From positions 248,001-312,000 of IMG/VR virus record IMGVR_UViG_3300027985_000918: 64,000 nt of DNA; one strand, written 5' to 3'. The notes under the pieces were generated by a model. It had not been told where the DNA came from, did not search any database, and worked only from the letters and a program-made list of their open reading frames with translations. The stretch's first letter is position 1. The number at the start of each line of letters is the position of its first letter. Position numbers and translations under genes: made by a program. Below, piece after piece: positions 48,176 through 58,009 of this stretch.

Positions 48176-51100
48176 TTACAAACTTGCCCGGAGGTGGAAC
48201 TCAAGGGTGATGTACAGCAACGGGAACACCGGGCTGTAGTAGGCCACCACCTCAGCCACCGTCGGATCGTCCGCAGCCACGTTGGCCTTGACACCCGTGT
48301 AGGCGGAGATGATCTGCTGCTTCACCAAGGACTTCAGCATCATGCTCAGCCGGCCTTCGATCTGGGTGAGGATGCCGGGAAGAAACTTGATGCCGATGTA
48401 CCGCTCCAGAACCCCACGGCTCTGCCGCTGAACCTCGTCAGCGATCATCTGAACCGTCGGGAGCTTCAGGAGGCGGTAGCTCTCCTGGGACGGCTGGATG
48501 GTCGAGAGACCGTGACGGACCCGCAGGTACGGGGGCCGCTCTTCCAACACGATGACGCCCTTGGTTGCTACCTGGTTCATCTCGACGGCGTCGAGGCGCC
48601 GACCAAGCTGGCTGAACCCGACAAGGTTCCGTCCCGTCCACGGGGTCGCCACATCCACGCTCGGAGACACAACGGAACCGGCCAGGGCGGCGGCAATCAT
48701 CGTGCCGTCCACCAGGTGCTCCTTCGTGGATCCGAAAGCATTCGTGAGCTGGATAACCGCCACGTCCGGGTAAACCAACCGCATACGGGAGCTGTTCAGC
48801 GTCTGAGCCAAACTCATGGCGTTCTCGGGGGTCTTACCCGCCGACATGCCAATGATGCTCGTCCGCTCGCTCTTGTAGCGGATGGAGGACTGGATGCTGT
48901 TGGACCGGCTCAAGAGCTGATACAGCTCCGTGGAATCACCCCTCAGCGGGACGATGATGTCCGGGTTCACCCGACCCGGCAGCACCCCTTCCAGAGCCTC
49001 GATAGCCGCCCGGTAGCTCGTCACCGAAGCATAGCTGCTGTCGGTGTCCCGAACCACCTGCTTGATCCCCAGGAGAACGGCCCCGTTCAGGGTCGCCAGG
49101 AACGCCGCCAAGGAGACCGGATTGTCCGGGTGAATCGTGCCGTAGGCCGCCTCCACCGACGACAACTTCGTGTAGAAGGCCGTGGAGAAGTCGTCCTTCT
49201 GGTACGTGTACGTGACGTAGTACACGTCCCCGTTCAGAGGCTCGTTCCCCCCTCGCTCATAGGTGCTCACAACGGCCGTGTCACCCACCGCCATGCCCAG
49301 GGTGTTTGCCACCTTCAGCTCCAACCCCTTGAGCGCCAGAACCGGGAGGTTGGCGTCCGTGGTGAAAGTGCTGCTGACAGCGAACTGGAACGTGGCATTG
49401 ACCCCGGTGGGGTAGTTCACCCAGGGGCCGGTCGGGTTGCTGCTGTAGCCACGGGGAAGCACAGTGAACGTGAGTCCCGTGACAGAATCCCGGTAGGTCT
49501 GGCCAACCACACCGTCAGATCCAGTGCCGTTGTTCAGGACGGAGTCATTGGCAGAGCCAGATCCGTTCGGCTGGTTCGACACGACGAAGAACCCGTCGAT
49601 GCCCGCCTCACCGACCGCACCGTCCAGGCTCTCAGCGTTGACCCCCGTTCCCGGAGCCAGCCAGGAGTCCGTGACCACCGAAGCCACCGTCGGGTCACGC
49701 AGCTCGACGATGGAGCTGGTACCCAGGGACTGGCTCAAGAGGAACAGGAAATCGTTCCCAGCAGAGTCCTCAATCACCGAGGCCATCCCGAGCGTGGCGA
49801 ACATCTCGTTTGGATTCGGATTGACTGCCGTGAAGTCGAGTGCCCAGGTGGCGAACGTGCTGTGGCGGTTCTCATTCAGGGCCGACACCAGGGTACGGGC
49901 ATCGGGCAGCTCCCGCTGGGAGAGATCTCCCACCGTGAGCCCGAGAACGCTGGCAGCGGAGCCACCCGTGACCTCAACCTTGGAGAATACGTCGTACCGG
50001 GCCGATGTGAGGCCAAGACCCGCACCAACCTGGTAGACGATGCCGTTGGCGAACACTGCGGCGGCCGAGGCGCCGAACACCGTCGTAGCGGCGGCGATAG
50101 CGTCAATGATCTGGTCAAGCACCGAACCGTTGCTCGTCCCCGAAGCAGGGCCGAGGTCCGTCGCCGTGCCAGCCGCCGAAGAGGTGAACTGGACAGTGAT
50201 CGGGATGCCGTCGATGTTGATGACCAGCTCGTCGTTCGCCGCCTGGGAACCCGTTCCGTCGTAGAACACGACCTCGGGCTCAGATGTGGCAATGTCCTGG
50301 CCGCCCGTGAAACCGACCTGGCTCTCCAGGTAGGCAGGAACCACGGTGGAAGGACCACCCGCACCAAAGTCTCCTGTGGAGAGAGAGAAGCGGTCGAGAG
50401 CCGTACCCGCTCCCACCCGAAGCTCCATCTGGGCGACTTCGGACTGGGAAAGATCCCCACCAACCACCGACGGGATCAGGCGGTTGCGGAGGATAACCCG
50501 GTCGTACAGAGCACCGGATGCCCCGGCCACCGAGATGGTCTTCATCACGTCGCCAGCACACACGACGTGGGCCTGGCCTCCGCCTACGGCTGCCGCCGTC
50601 GAGAACCCCAACAGCTTGGCGAGGCTGTCGGCATCGGCAATGCCGTTGTTGATGAAGGTGAAGAACGCTTGGGCATCATCACCCGCAGCCCGGCATTTGA
50701 CCACGATGCGGCCGGAAGAGTCAGCCTCGACCACGAAGCCGGCACCGTCGAAGGCTGCTGCCGCCCCAACCCATCCCCCTGCCCCGTTCAAAGCAGCCTG
50801 TAGAGCAGCGGCGAGCGCTGCCGGACTGGTGTAAGGGCCAGCGGCCAAAGAGATAACCGCCGATGTGTAGGTACCTGCGGAATCTCCCGTGTACACGAAA
50901 CGGATGTCCGAGAAGGCCGTCAGATCCACCGGGCCGTCGATGACGGTGGCTCCCTTGTACTGAGCCATCGTGTCCGGATTGTACAGGCGCATCCCGGACC
51001 CGCCACCCACGTCCGACGCTGCTCCGGTCCAGGCTGCCACAGTGGCGATTCGGGTGGTCGAGTTGTAGTCCGTGATCGTGCGGACATCGCCCGCACCCGC

Positions 51101-53494
51101 AGCCATCGCCGGGATGAGGCTCACGTCACCGACCACGACATTCCAGCCAACGAAATACCCGTTGATGCTGCTACCGGGAACCGAGGCTGGCACCCGGAAC
51201 GTGGTGGCCGAGCCACCAGCATCCGAGGTGAACTGCACACCGTTGGCAGCCTCATTCACCGAGTCGTCCAGATCGGACACGTCGGAAGCCGTCTGAGCCG
51301 GGATGATGACCGGAATCTCGACCCCGTCGATGTAAAGGATCAGGTCCTCGTCGGTCGCCAGGGTGTAGCTCTGACCAAGGGTAGCTCCGGTGCCACCGTC
51401 GTAGTTGATCTCACCGCTGACCAAGTTCGCTGGGACACCGCCACCGTGGGTGGTCGGGTCGAGCAGGCTGATACCGGCCAGGCCAGCGTCCAGCTCCGTA
51501 TTGTCCAGACGGATGCGAACCTGGTCCGACTCATTCGGGATGAACTCGTAGGGGCCGTACCCCGGAACCGAGTACATCGCCTGAGTGGCGTCCTTGGACT
51601 CGAACTGGACCGTCACCACCTCGTTGATGGGGCCAGTGAACTCGTCGCCGGACAACCCCTCGAACCGGGCATCGGGAGTCAGCTCGGAACCGCTGGGCCA
51701 CTCCAGGGTCACTCCCGTGAGGGAGCTTCCCTTAGTCGTCGTGGAGAACGCAGCGTTGTAGATGGAGTCCCCGGCCTCATCGGTGATGGTGTACTGGCCC
51801 GTGCCACTGGCACCGATGAGGCGGGCAGTGAGGGTGAATTCCCCATCGGTCAGGGTGTTGTAGTAGAACGAGGCGTAGACCGTGGCACCCGTCGGGACGG
51901 ACTCGGCTAGCTCGATGATGTTCCCCTCGACCTTGGTCACCGTAACGGCACCCCGGTCCAGAGCGTCTTGGACGCTGTAGCCCCAAAAGGCGTTGACCAC
52001 GTCAGGCCGGTTGGTCGGGAGGTCGATGCGGCCGTTGGAGACCGTCTGGAACAGGCTGGTACCCAGAGGGGTGTTCCGACCATTACCCAGGGTCGGGGAG
52101 AACGGCAAGGTGAATTGGGTCTTGCTCTCGAAAGCGGAACCTCCGGAGGACAGAACCACCGGGGAGCAAGGGCTCATGAAGGTCTTGTCATCGACCAGCG
52201 TACCGCTGACCTGGGTCTCGTTGAACAGCTCAGAGCCCGAACTAGTGGTGTCCGCCTCGACCGTCCAGGCCGTACCCCAGAGGATCTTGTCGTCCTTCAA
52301 GACGAAGTCGGAACCCTGGTTGAACCCAACACCGTCGGGGACCTCACCAAGAGAGGTGACATCGACCACATTGTTGTGGGCAAGGTAGTCGAACGTGTTC
52401 TGCCAGGAGTTGAACCAGTAGGACACAAGGACCGTGGCGCCCACCTTCGGGGCCGTGGGCAGGGTGACCGCCCGAGTCGTCCCATCCACGCTGGTCGGAA
52501 TGACCTGAGTGCCGTTCACAAGAACCGTTACCTTCGAGGTGTCGGTCGTGGTGACGCCGCCATTGGTGCCGTCCACGATGGGTCCTTGGAACGTATAGAA
52601 CGTCTTCCGCCGACTGGTGGTCTGACCGCTCAGGAGACCGAGAGCGGAGTTGGCCGAACCGGCCCCCACCGTCACGTCGTTGGTCGCTGTCAGGCTCAGG
52701 GCACTGTGGCCGAACTGGTTCAGGAACGTGCTGGCCGTCAGGGTGCCCAGAGCTGCCGAACTGATCAGGTTGGCTACCTGCTTCATGGTATACGTGCCGG
52801 GGCTCAGCACAGATGTGTACTCCGTGCCGTCCACCGTCACGACGAACTCATTGTTGCCCGGGGTTACCACAGCACCGTTGGCATCAAGAGCATCCGCCCG
52901 CAGAATCACCGTCTCGGTACCCGGGGTTTGGGCATTTACGTCCTGGATGCCGGAGATGGCCCGGATGAGAGCCGGGTCCACGGACACCTGATCGGACAGA
53001 TCGTCCGTGATGTAGGTGTCGGTTCGGTTGAAGTAGTAGGTGACCCGCACGTCGGCATCGGCTGCCGGGGCCTGGGCCAACTCGACAATGCCCGTCAGGC
53101 CGTTCACCGACAGCACCACGATGGGGGTGCCGTTGATGGTGACAGAGACATCGGAGCGGCTGTAGGACACCGTCCCAGTACCGTCTCCGGTCACGATGGG
53201 CAGCTCACGGACCTTCAGCTTGGTGCGGACCCCGTCCCAGTTACCGACAGTCACGGCTCCCGCAGAGGAGATGGAGACCACGGCTCGGCCAGTGGCGTCC
53301 TCCTTGACACGTCGCTGGTCGATGTCAGCCGAAGACCCACGGACCACTTCCAGATTCCGCTGAATCAGGAACTCATTGCCTTCACCAATGAAAACGGGGA
53401 TTTTGAGGGTGTCGAGATTGCCCGCAATGGGGTTCTCGTACAGAGTTCGGGTGTACACGCTCGGAGGGGCGTACTGCTCGCCGGGGAAAGCCAT
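48176..53494 (-). CDS. Contractile tail sheath protein (1772 aa, large insertions)
   Basis: N-terminal YAPPSVYTRT...IPVFIGEG; C-terminal RVRHGLST...ADEVQRQSR..LERYIG.KF...DPTVAEVVAYYSPVFPLLYITLEF sheath signature; ATG at 53494 after GAGAGG. Confidence 0.9.
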   Translation of the reverse strand: MAFPGEQYAPPSVYTRTLYENPIAGNLDTLKIPVFIGEGNEFLIQRNLEVVRGSSADIDQRRVKEDATGRAVVSISSAGAVTVGNWDGVRTKLKVRELPIVTGDGTGTVSYSRSDVSVTINGTPIVVLSVNGLTGIVELAQAPAADADVRVTYYFNRTDTYITDDLSDQVSVDPALIRAISGIQDVNAQTPGTETVILRADALDANGAVVTPGNNEFVVTVDGTEYTSVLSPGTYTMKQVANLISSAALGTLTASTFLNQFGHSALSLTATNDVTVGAGSANSALGLLSGQTTSRRKTFYTFQGPIVDGTNGGVTTTDTSKVTVLVNGTQVIPTSVDGTTRAVTLPTAPKVGATVLVSYWFNSWQNTFDYLAHNNVVDVTSLGEVPDGVGFNQGSDFVLKDDKILWGTAWTVEADTTSSGSELFNETQVSGTLVDDKTFMSPCSPVVLSSGGSAFESKTQFTLPFSPTLGNGRNTPLGTSLFQTVSNGRIDLPTNRPDVVNAFWGYSVQDALDRGAVTVTKVEGNIIELAESVPTGATVYASFYYNTLTDGEFTLTARLIGASGTGQYTITDEAGDSIYNAAFSTTTKGSSLTGVTLEWPSGSELTPDARFEGLSGDEFTGPINEVVTVQFESKDATQAMYSVPGYGPYEFIPNESDQVRIRLDNTELDAGLAGISLLDPTTHGGGVPANLVSGEINYDGGTGATLGQSYTLATDEDLILYIDGVEIPVIIPAQTASDVSDLDDSVNEAANGVQFTSDAGGSATTFRVPASVPGSSINGYFVGWNVVVGDVSLIPAMAAGAGDVRTITDYNSTTRIATVAAWTGAASDVGGGSGMRLYNPDTMAQYKGATVIDGPVDLTAFSDIRFVYTGDSAGTYTSAVISLAAGPYTSPAALAAALQAALNGAGGWVGAAAAFDGAGFVVEADSSGRIVVKCRAAGDDAQAFFTFINNGIADADSLAKLLGFSTAAAVGGGQAHVVCAGDVMKTISVAGASGALYDRVILRNRLIPSVVGGDLSQSEVAQMELRVGAGTALDRFSLSTGDFGAGGPSTVVPAYLESQVGFTGGQDIATSEPEVVFYDGTGSQAANDELVINIDGIPITVQFTSSAAGTATDLGPASGTSNGSVLDQIIDAIAAATTVFGASAAAVFANGIVYQVGAGLGLTSARYDVFSKVEVTGGSAASVLGLTVGDLSQRELPDARTLVSALNENRHSTFATWALDFTAVNPNPNEMFATLGMASVIEDSAGNDFLFLLSQSLGTSSIVELRDPTVASVVTDSWLAPGTGVNAESLDGAVGEAGIDGFFVVSNQPNGSGSANDSVLNNGTGSDGVVGQTYRDSVTGLTFTVLPRGYSSNPTGPWVNYPTGVNATFQFAVSSTFTTDANLPVLALKGLELKVANTLGMAVGDTAVVSTYERGGNEPLNGDVYYVTYTYQKDDFSTAFYTKLSSVEAAYGTIHPDNPVSLAAFLATLNGAVLLGIKQVVRDTDSSYASVTSYRAAIEALEGVLPGRVNPDIIVPLRGDSTELYQLLSRSNSIQSSIRYKSERTSIIGMSAGKTPENAMSLAQTLNSSRMRLVYPDVAVIQLTNAFGSTKEHLVDGTMIAAALAGSVVSPSVDVATPWTGRNLVGFSQLGRRLDAVEMNQVATKGVIVLEERPPYLRVRHGLSTIQPSQESYRLLKLPTVQMIADEVQRQSRGVLERYIGIKFLPGILTQIEGRLSMMLKSLVKQQIISAYTGVKANVAADDPTVAEVVAYYSPVFPLLYITLEFHLRASL

Positions 53495-53512
53495 CTTCGT
53501 ACCTCTCTTCAA

Positions 53513-53642
53513 GGTGGTCAGTTTTCCAGCTCAAAAAAGCATCCGTTGTGCTTGCCGCATTTCGCCTCCCTTTGGGGGGAGGTAACCGGAAAGTTCTTCC
53601 GGAGCCCGAGTTGCGCTTATCTTTGCTGGCTATCTGACCACC
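53513..53642 (-). ncRNA. Putative structured cis-regulatory RNA (copy 1) in sheath leader
   Basis: Closing stem ggtggtcag/ctgaccacc, inner ccagc/gctgg and cgca/tgcg, hairpins ccggaa/ttccgg, cctccc/gggagg and aagca/tgctt; ends just 5' of the RBS. Confidence 0.65.
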
Positions 53643-53696
53643 GCAAAGCGGGGATGGCTTTCAGGGGCTATTTGCCCTCTGCTGATAAGCCGGGGG

Positions 53697-53711
53697 TATA
53701 GGCGTCCTACC
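53697..53711 (-). promoter_or_regulatory. Candidate late promoter motif (GGT-N6-CCTATA)
   Basis: Minus-strand GGTAGGACGCCTATA, about 200 nt upstream of the sheath ATG. Confidence 0.6.
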
Positions 53712-53714
53712 GAC

Positions 53715-54149
53715 TCACCCCTCTTTCACCTCACCCAGCCCTGCTTGCATGGCCCGGCTATTGATGCGGTTCGCCCTCACGGCGAATCCTTTCTCATCTG
53801 GGGTGATAGTTCTGTACTGCCCGTCAGGGTCTCTGGAGATCAAACGAGGGTCGACTCCTTCCCGAATGAGCTTCCTCTTGTCAGCCTGGCGCTTCTCAAT
53901 AACTGCCATGCTCTGTTCGGCGCTCTTGCCGATGACCCGGTCGATGTGGGTATCCAAGTCATGAATGCCCGTATTCTGTGGCCCCGGTCCGTTCACGGCC
54001 TTGTTGAACCTCCCGCTCACCGTCGCCGGCATCATGCGGGGCGCCAACTCACCGCAGTCGGGGCACTTCTGAGGCTCAGCCGCTTTGGATGCTTTGTTGG
54101 ATGCTGGGAACTGCACGCCGCAGTCACACTGATAGCGGTACGAAGGCAT
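53715..54149 (-). CDS. FmdB-family zinc-ribbon protein
   Basis: MPSYRYQCDCG...CPDCG N-terminus. Confidence 0.8.
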   Translation of the reverse strand: MPSYRYQCDCGVQFPASNKASKAAEPQKCPDCGELAPRMMPATVSGRFNKAVNGPGPQNTGIHDLDTHIDRVIGKSAEQSMAVIEKRQADKRKLIREGVDPRLISRDPDGQYRTITPDEKGFAVRANRINSRAMQAGLGEVKEG

Positions 54150-54168
54150 CTGGTCTCCCTAAGCCATG

Positions 54169-55023
54169 TCACGTTTCACCGTACCCGAAATCGTGCTTGA
54201 TCTTCTCCACGTCAAGGTGCAGTCCCCCATCCCACACCAGATACCGCTTGCCCAGGAGAAACAGAAGTCGGGCAGCCAATGCGGCTGGCAAAAGGGTGAA
54301 CGTCCCAAACCCAAACGAGTTCATCAAGAACCCGATGGCACTACCTGGCAGGGAAGACAACAGATCAGACAGGGACAATGCGCCTGTGAGGGCATCCGTC
54401 AGCGAGTGGATATCCCACTCGAACTCCGTCACGTTCATCCAGATCCAAATGTAAACGGCAAGCATCAACACCCTGGACATGGCTGGAGCGTACTTCCGCA
54501 GCCAGTGATCGAACTGGTCTACCTTAGGCTTGACCGACGACTGCACCCACTTCTTGAATCCCGGCAGCTTGTCCATCCATTGGGAGATGAGGCTGTTGAC
54601 GCTCAGTAGCTTGGATTCTTCCAACGTGAACAGCTTAAGGGGGAAGGTGCTGAACATCTTCCCCACCGCCTTGCGAAGGGCCTGATACCCCTGCTTCGCC
54701 AGGTCCTTGATGGCCCCGGGCAGCTCCAAAAGGGACTTGATCCCCAGCCTGTCCTTGAAGGCCTCCCAGAGCTTCTTGCTCTTGGAGAACACCTTGCCAA
54801 GCTGCTGGAGCTTCTGACGAATATTCCCGAAGGCCACCTTGCCGTGAGGGAGGAGGAACTCCCCGAACGCTTCCAGAACCTCGGGGGTGATCTCCTGGAA
54901 GTGGGCCGTCTTGGCACCTACGGAGGAAATACTGTGATGAGCCTCCCGGGCGGCCATTCGGATCGTGAATCGAACCGCCAGGCGCTGGGCATCTCTCATG
55001 AGGGTATCGTTCATCTGACTCAC
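54169..55023 (-). CDS. Hypothetical protein with C-terminal hydrophobic segments
   Basis: 284 aa; ATGA overlap with the upstream gene; VLMLAVYIWIWM and a second hydrophobic stretch. Confidence 0.7.
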   Translation of the reverse strand: MSQMNDTLMRDAQRLAVRFTIRMAAREAHHSISSVGAKTAHFQEITPEVLEAFGEFLLPHGKVAFGNIRQKLQQLGKVFSKSKKLWEAFKDRLGIKSLLELPGAIKDLAKQGYQALRKAVGKMFSTFPLKLFTLEESKLLSVNSLISQWMDKLPGFKKWVQSSVKPKVDQFDHWLRKYAPAMSRVLMLAVYIWIWMNVTEFEWDIHSLTDALTGALSLSDLLSSLPGSAIGFLMNSFGFGTFTLLPAALAARLLFLLGKRYLVWDGGLHLDVEKIKHDFGYGET

Positions 55024-56228
55024 CGAATCAGGGCGTAGCCCTTACCGACCTGGTAGTAAGGGTCCCGGACTGTGCTTAGACCCAGATGGGTCATGGCCTT
55101 GATGTTGCCTTCCTGCCCTACCAGTTCCTCATCCGAGAGCCCGGCGATGTAATTGGCCTGCTCCAGGGTAAGAGGGGTGACCTGGCGAAGGTTGACGTTC
55201 AGCGGGACGTAGGCAGCCCACTCCGTCTCCACTGTGAGTGAGAAGCTGGAGTTGAAGATGTAGTCTTCCCCCTGCTCATCATAAATCTCTTCGGACTCCC
55301 CCCCGATGGAGATGTTCATGATCTCCAGCCCCTCCGTGGAGAGCTGCCCCCTAGCGGCGCCGAACAAATACATGACGGAGTTGTCCGCAATCTCCCGCTG
55401 GTCAAACACGTCCCGGGCGAACACCTCGAAGTCCATCGTCATCTCCCACCGGCCCCCGTACTCCAGGGCGGAGGGCCGTCGGGTCGTCTCCACTACAACG
55501 GCGAGCTGGTCCCCATTGAACACCCTCCTCCCGAAAGCCAGGACTACCCCTGGAATGGCCGTGTTGTTGGCATGCCTCTCGATGATTCGGTGGGGCCCCG
55601 TGCTTTCAGTCACATAACGGTAGTCTGCCTGGAGCCACCTGCCCCCCGACAGAGGGGTAGTCAGGTTGATGACACCCGTGGGCGATCCCGAGTCGGGGTC
55701 CGTCTCCAAAGTATAGTTGGACCCCTCCACCATCATGTACCGGGCGGGCATCTCGAATAGCCGGAGAGTCCCAGCCACAGGGGAATTTGCAAGGACTCCC
55801 GTGGTGGTGTCCGATAGCATGACCTGTTCGTGGTACACGTTCAGGAGGGGGTCCACATAGAAGACCATGTTCCCGTCTTCCTCCATCACGTCCAGGTAGT
55901 AAACCCCAGGAGGACTGGGAAACACCCCGCCGTTTCTCTGGATCTCCCGGATGTCCTCCCGAACCCACTCCACCGAGTACCCCGGCTTGTTGTTCACCTT
56001 AGCCCAGTGGCAATGGCTGTACACAACCCCCCGATAGTTGTCGGCCGAGAGAGGGATATGGCTTCCACCACCCGACTTGACCACGATCCCCCGCTGGGGA
56101 CGATCCTTGAAGCTGTACTTTCCCTGGATGTTGTCGGGCAAGTCTGAAAACTTCGGGTGGGTCAGCCAGTACCTTCGCAGCTCCTGAATGAAGCGGCGGG
56201 TTAGGTAGTCGGTTAGCTGGAAAAACAT
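55020..56228 (-). CDS. Putative tail terminator/neck completion protein
   Basis: ATG at 56228 after GGAGG; MDFEVFARDVFDQREIAD..V.YL and YIFNSSFSLTVETEW resemble the terminator fold; between neck and sheath genes. Confidence 0.5.
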   Translation of the reverse strand: MFFQLTDYLTRRFIQELRRYWLTHPKFSDLPDNIQGKYSFKDRPQRGIVVKSGGGSHIPLSADNYRGVVYSHCHWAKVNNKPGYSVEWVREDIREIQRNGGVFPSPPGVYYLDVMEEDGNMVFYVDPLLNVYHEQVMLSDTTTGVLANSPVAGTLRLFEMPARYMMVEGSNYTLETDPDSGSPTGVINLTTPLSGGRWLQADYRYVTESTGPHRIIERHANNTAIPGVVLAFGRRVFNGDQLAVVVETTRRPSALEYGGRWEMTMDFEVFARDVFDQREIADNSVMYLFGAARGQLSTEGLEIMNISIGGESEEIYDEQGEDYIFNSSFSLTVETEWAAYVPLNVNLRQVTPLTLEQANYIAGLSDEELVGQEGNIKAMTHLGLSTVRDPYYQVGKGYALIR

Positions 56229-56261
56229 GGTTGCCTCCACGGGTCCTACTACGGGACCTGC

Positions 56262-56276
56262 GATAGGCTACCCACC
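56262..56276 (-). promoter_or_regulatory. Candidate late promoter motif variant (GGT-N6-CCTATC)
   Basis: Minus-strand GGTGGGTAGCCTATC upstream of the ATG at 56228. Confidence 0.45.
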
Positions 56277-56603
56277 GGGAAGGAGGCGCAGAAGCCCTCG
56301 GCCGTCGAACAGTTCGAGTCGGCCAGTAGGGGTTCGGATCAAGTCCCATGCCACTCTCTGAGGAACCCGGGCTTGGGCAATACGGTTTGCCTGGGGGGTG
56401 ACTAAGGGGTTCAGGAAGATCCCCCCCCAGTCAGGGGGCTTGATCTTGGATATGGGGATCAGATGCCAGACATAGTCCGCCACGAGGAACCCCAGATATC
56501 TCCGTTTGGGGTCATCGTAAGATCTCAGCCAAGCTCCCTTACGGAGGGCCACCTCGGCTCTCCTAAGCCACCCGCCCAGAGACCTGGAAACTACCTCCCT
56601 CAC
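56268..56603 (-). CDS. Hypothetical basic protein
   Basis: 111 aa ORF abutting the GroES-like stop. Confidence 0.55.
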   Translation of the reverse strand: MREVVSRSLGGWLRRAEVALRKGAWLRSYDDPKRRYLGFLVADYVWHLIPISKIKPPDWGGIFLNPLVTPQANRIAQARVPQRVAWDLIRTPTGRLELFDGRGLLRLLPGG

Positions 56604-56951
56604 TTACTGCCCCTTCACAATGTACGGAAACACTGCGACAGGGAGGGACTCAGACACTTTGTCGGCATACTTCCCCAACACCTGGTGACCCCCCACGAGA
56701 ATACACTTCTGGCCCAGCCCCACCAACTCGATCTGGCCTTCAGGGAGATAGGCCACCCGGTCACCGGGGACATAGGGCATGGGGATCACCTTGCCATTCT
56801 CGAACACCCGTCCCTCCCCCACCCCCAGTACGAGACCAACCTCATACTCCCGAGGAAGGTTGCTTCCAGGCATGAGGATACTCCGATCGTCCTTCATGTC
56901 GGGGACGACCACAAGGCGATTTCCGGTGGGAATGAACTGCATGGGGTTCAA
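56604..56951 (-). CDS. GroES/Cpn10-like co-chaperonin
   Basis: FIPTGNRLVV...GLVLGVGEGRVFENGKVIPM...GDRV.Y pattern of Cpn10. Confidence 0.85.
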   Translation of the reverse strand: MNPMQFIPTGNRLVVVPDMKDDRSILMPGSNLPREYEVGLVLGVGEGRVFENGKVIPMPYVPGDRVAYLPEGQIELVGLGQKCILVGGHQVLGKYADKVSESLPVAVFPYIVKGQ

Positions 56952-56969
56952 GCTCCTTGGTGAGATGTG

Positions 56970-57998
56970 TCAGTCCTCTTCGTGCTCGATGATGGCCTGG
57001 GTCAGCATCCCGTTCGCAACCGCATTCATGGGATCGGAGGCGTGCCGGATCTCAGACACCTGGACGGGGAATCTCTTCCGTCGCTTATCGAACTCCCGCT
57101 CAAAGAGCTGGAGGAAATTACCCGCCATGCTCGTACCCCCGGAGACCACCAGAGGGATGGGAGTGGGCAACTCGAACTGCCCCTTGATATCCTTGAAACG
57201 CTTGGCGATCTCGTCGAGGGCGTAGCGGATCAGCTCCTTGTAATAGAAGGTAATCGCTTCCTGCTCCCTCCCCTGAGGATTCAGAAGGTCCACCCCCGCC
57301 TCCTTGATGGCACAGATACGGGCCTGGGTGGACCCCACCGACCCGGCGACCCCAGAATCGATCCAATCCCCACCACGAGCCACCGAGAAAGACAGCCCTT
57401 CGATGGTGTTGATGGCGAGAGCCACGTTGGTCATCCCTGAGCCGAAGCTCAGAGCGATTCCGCTGAACCCGTTCTTAGCGCACTCCGAGAACACAATCGC
57501 CATCGCCTCGTTGCTAGGCCAGGGGGTGTAGCCGCATTCCTCGACGATCCTCTCAAAGACCCCCTTGTGGTAGATCACGTCCTTCTGGGGACGGTCGACA
57601 GGGGCTGCGGGGACCGAGAAGTAGCAGTGCTCCCCGGTGATTCTGGGGGGCCCCAGGATCTGCCTGATCATCATCCCGAGAACTTCCAGAGCCTCGATCT
57701 CACCGGCAGCCACCAAACCTGCTTCGAGGGGCCGCCGGGCCTCTTTGCCGAAAACGTTGGCGGTCTCCATCGCAGCATCTCCCAGCAGGAGCACGTCATC
57801 TTCTCGCTCAACGAAGCTGGTCCCCGACAGCTTGAGCATCTTCTTGGCGGACGGGGGAAGATCCAGAAAGGCATCCCGCATCCGATTGTGCTCCACCCCG
57901 TTGGGGGTCCTGCGAGCCGCCACCAAGTTCATAGTGCCGATGTCGAGCCCTACCCCATGGGGAGCCTGAGTCGTTGCTTCTTTCTTTGTGGGTGCCAT
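56970..57998 (-). CDS. Actin-like ATPase (MreB/ParM/MamK superfamily)
   Basis: Phosphate-1 GLDIGTMN, connect-1 NEAMAIV, phosphate-2 LSFGSGMTN, adenosine VVSGGTS and connect-2 NAVANG motifs; 342 aa. Confidence 0.9.
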   Translation of the reverse strand: MAPTKKEATTQAPHGVGLDIGTMNLVAARRTPNGVEHNRMRDAFLDLPPSAKKMLKLSGTSFVEREDDVLLLGDAAMETANVFGKEARRPLEAGLVAAGEIEALEVLGMMIRQILGPPRITGEHCYFSVPAAPVDRPQKDVIYHKGVFERIVEECGYTPWPSNEAMAIVFSECAKNGFSGIALSFGSGMTNVALAINTIEGLSFSVARGGDWIDSGVAGSVGSTQARICAIKEAGVDLLNPQGREQEAITFYYKELIRYALDEIAKRFKDIKGQFELPTPIPLVVSGGTSMAGNFLQLFEREFDKRRKRFPVQVSEIRHASDPMNAVANGMLTQAIIEHEED

Positions 57999-58009
57999 CT
58001 GGGGGTCTC

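Noticed and set aside
1799-53494. Bacterial contractile injection system (eCIS/T6SS/tailocin) interpretation
   Set aside because: A neck protein, thyX, GroES-like gene, HNH remnant and phage-style accessory islands indicate a phage genome; no AAA ATPase or Tss membrane complex was seen. Capsid and terminase genes are outside the window, so this is not formally excluded.
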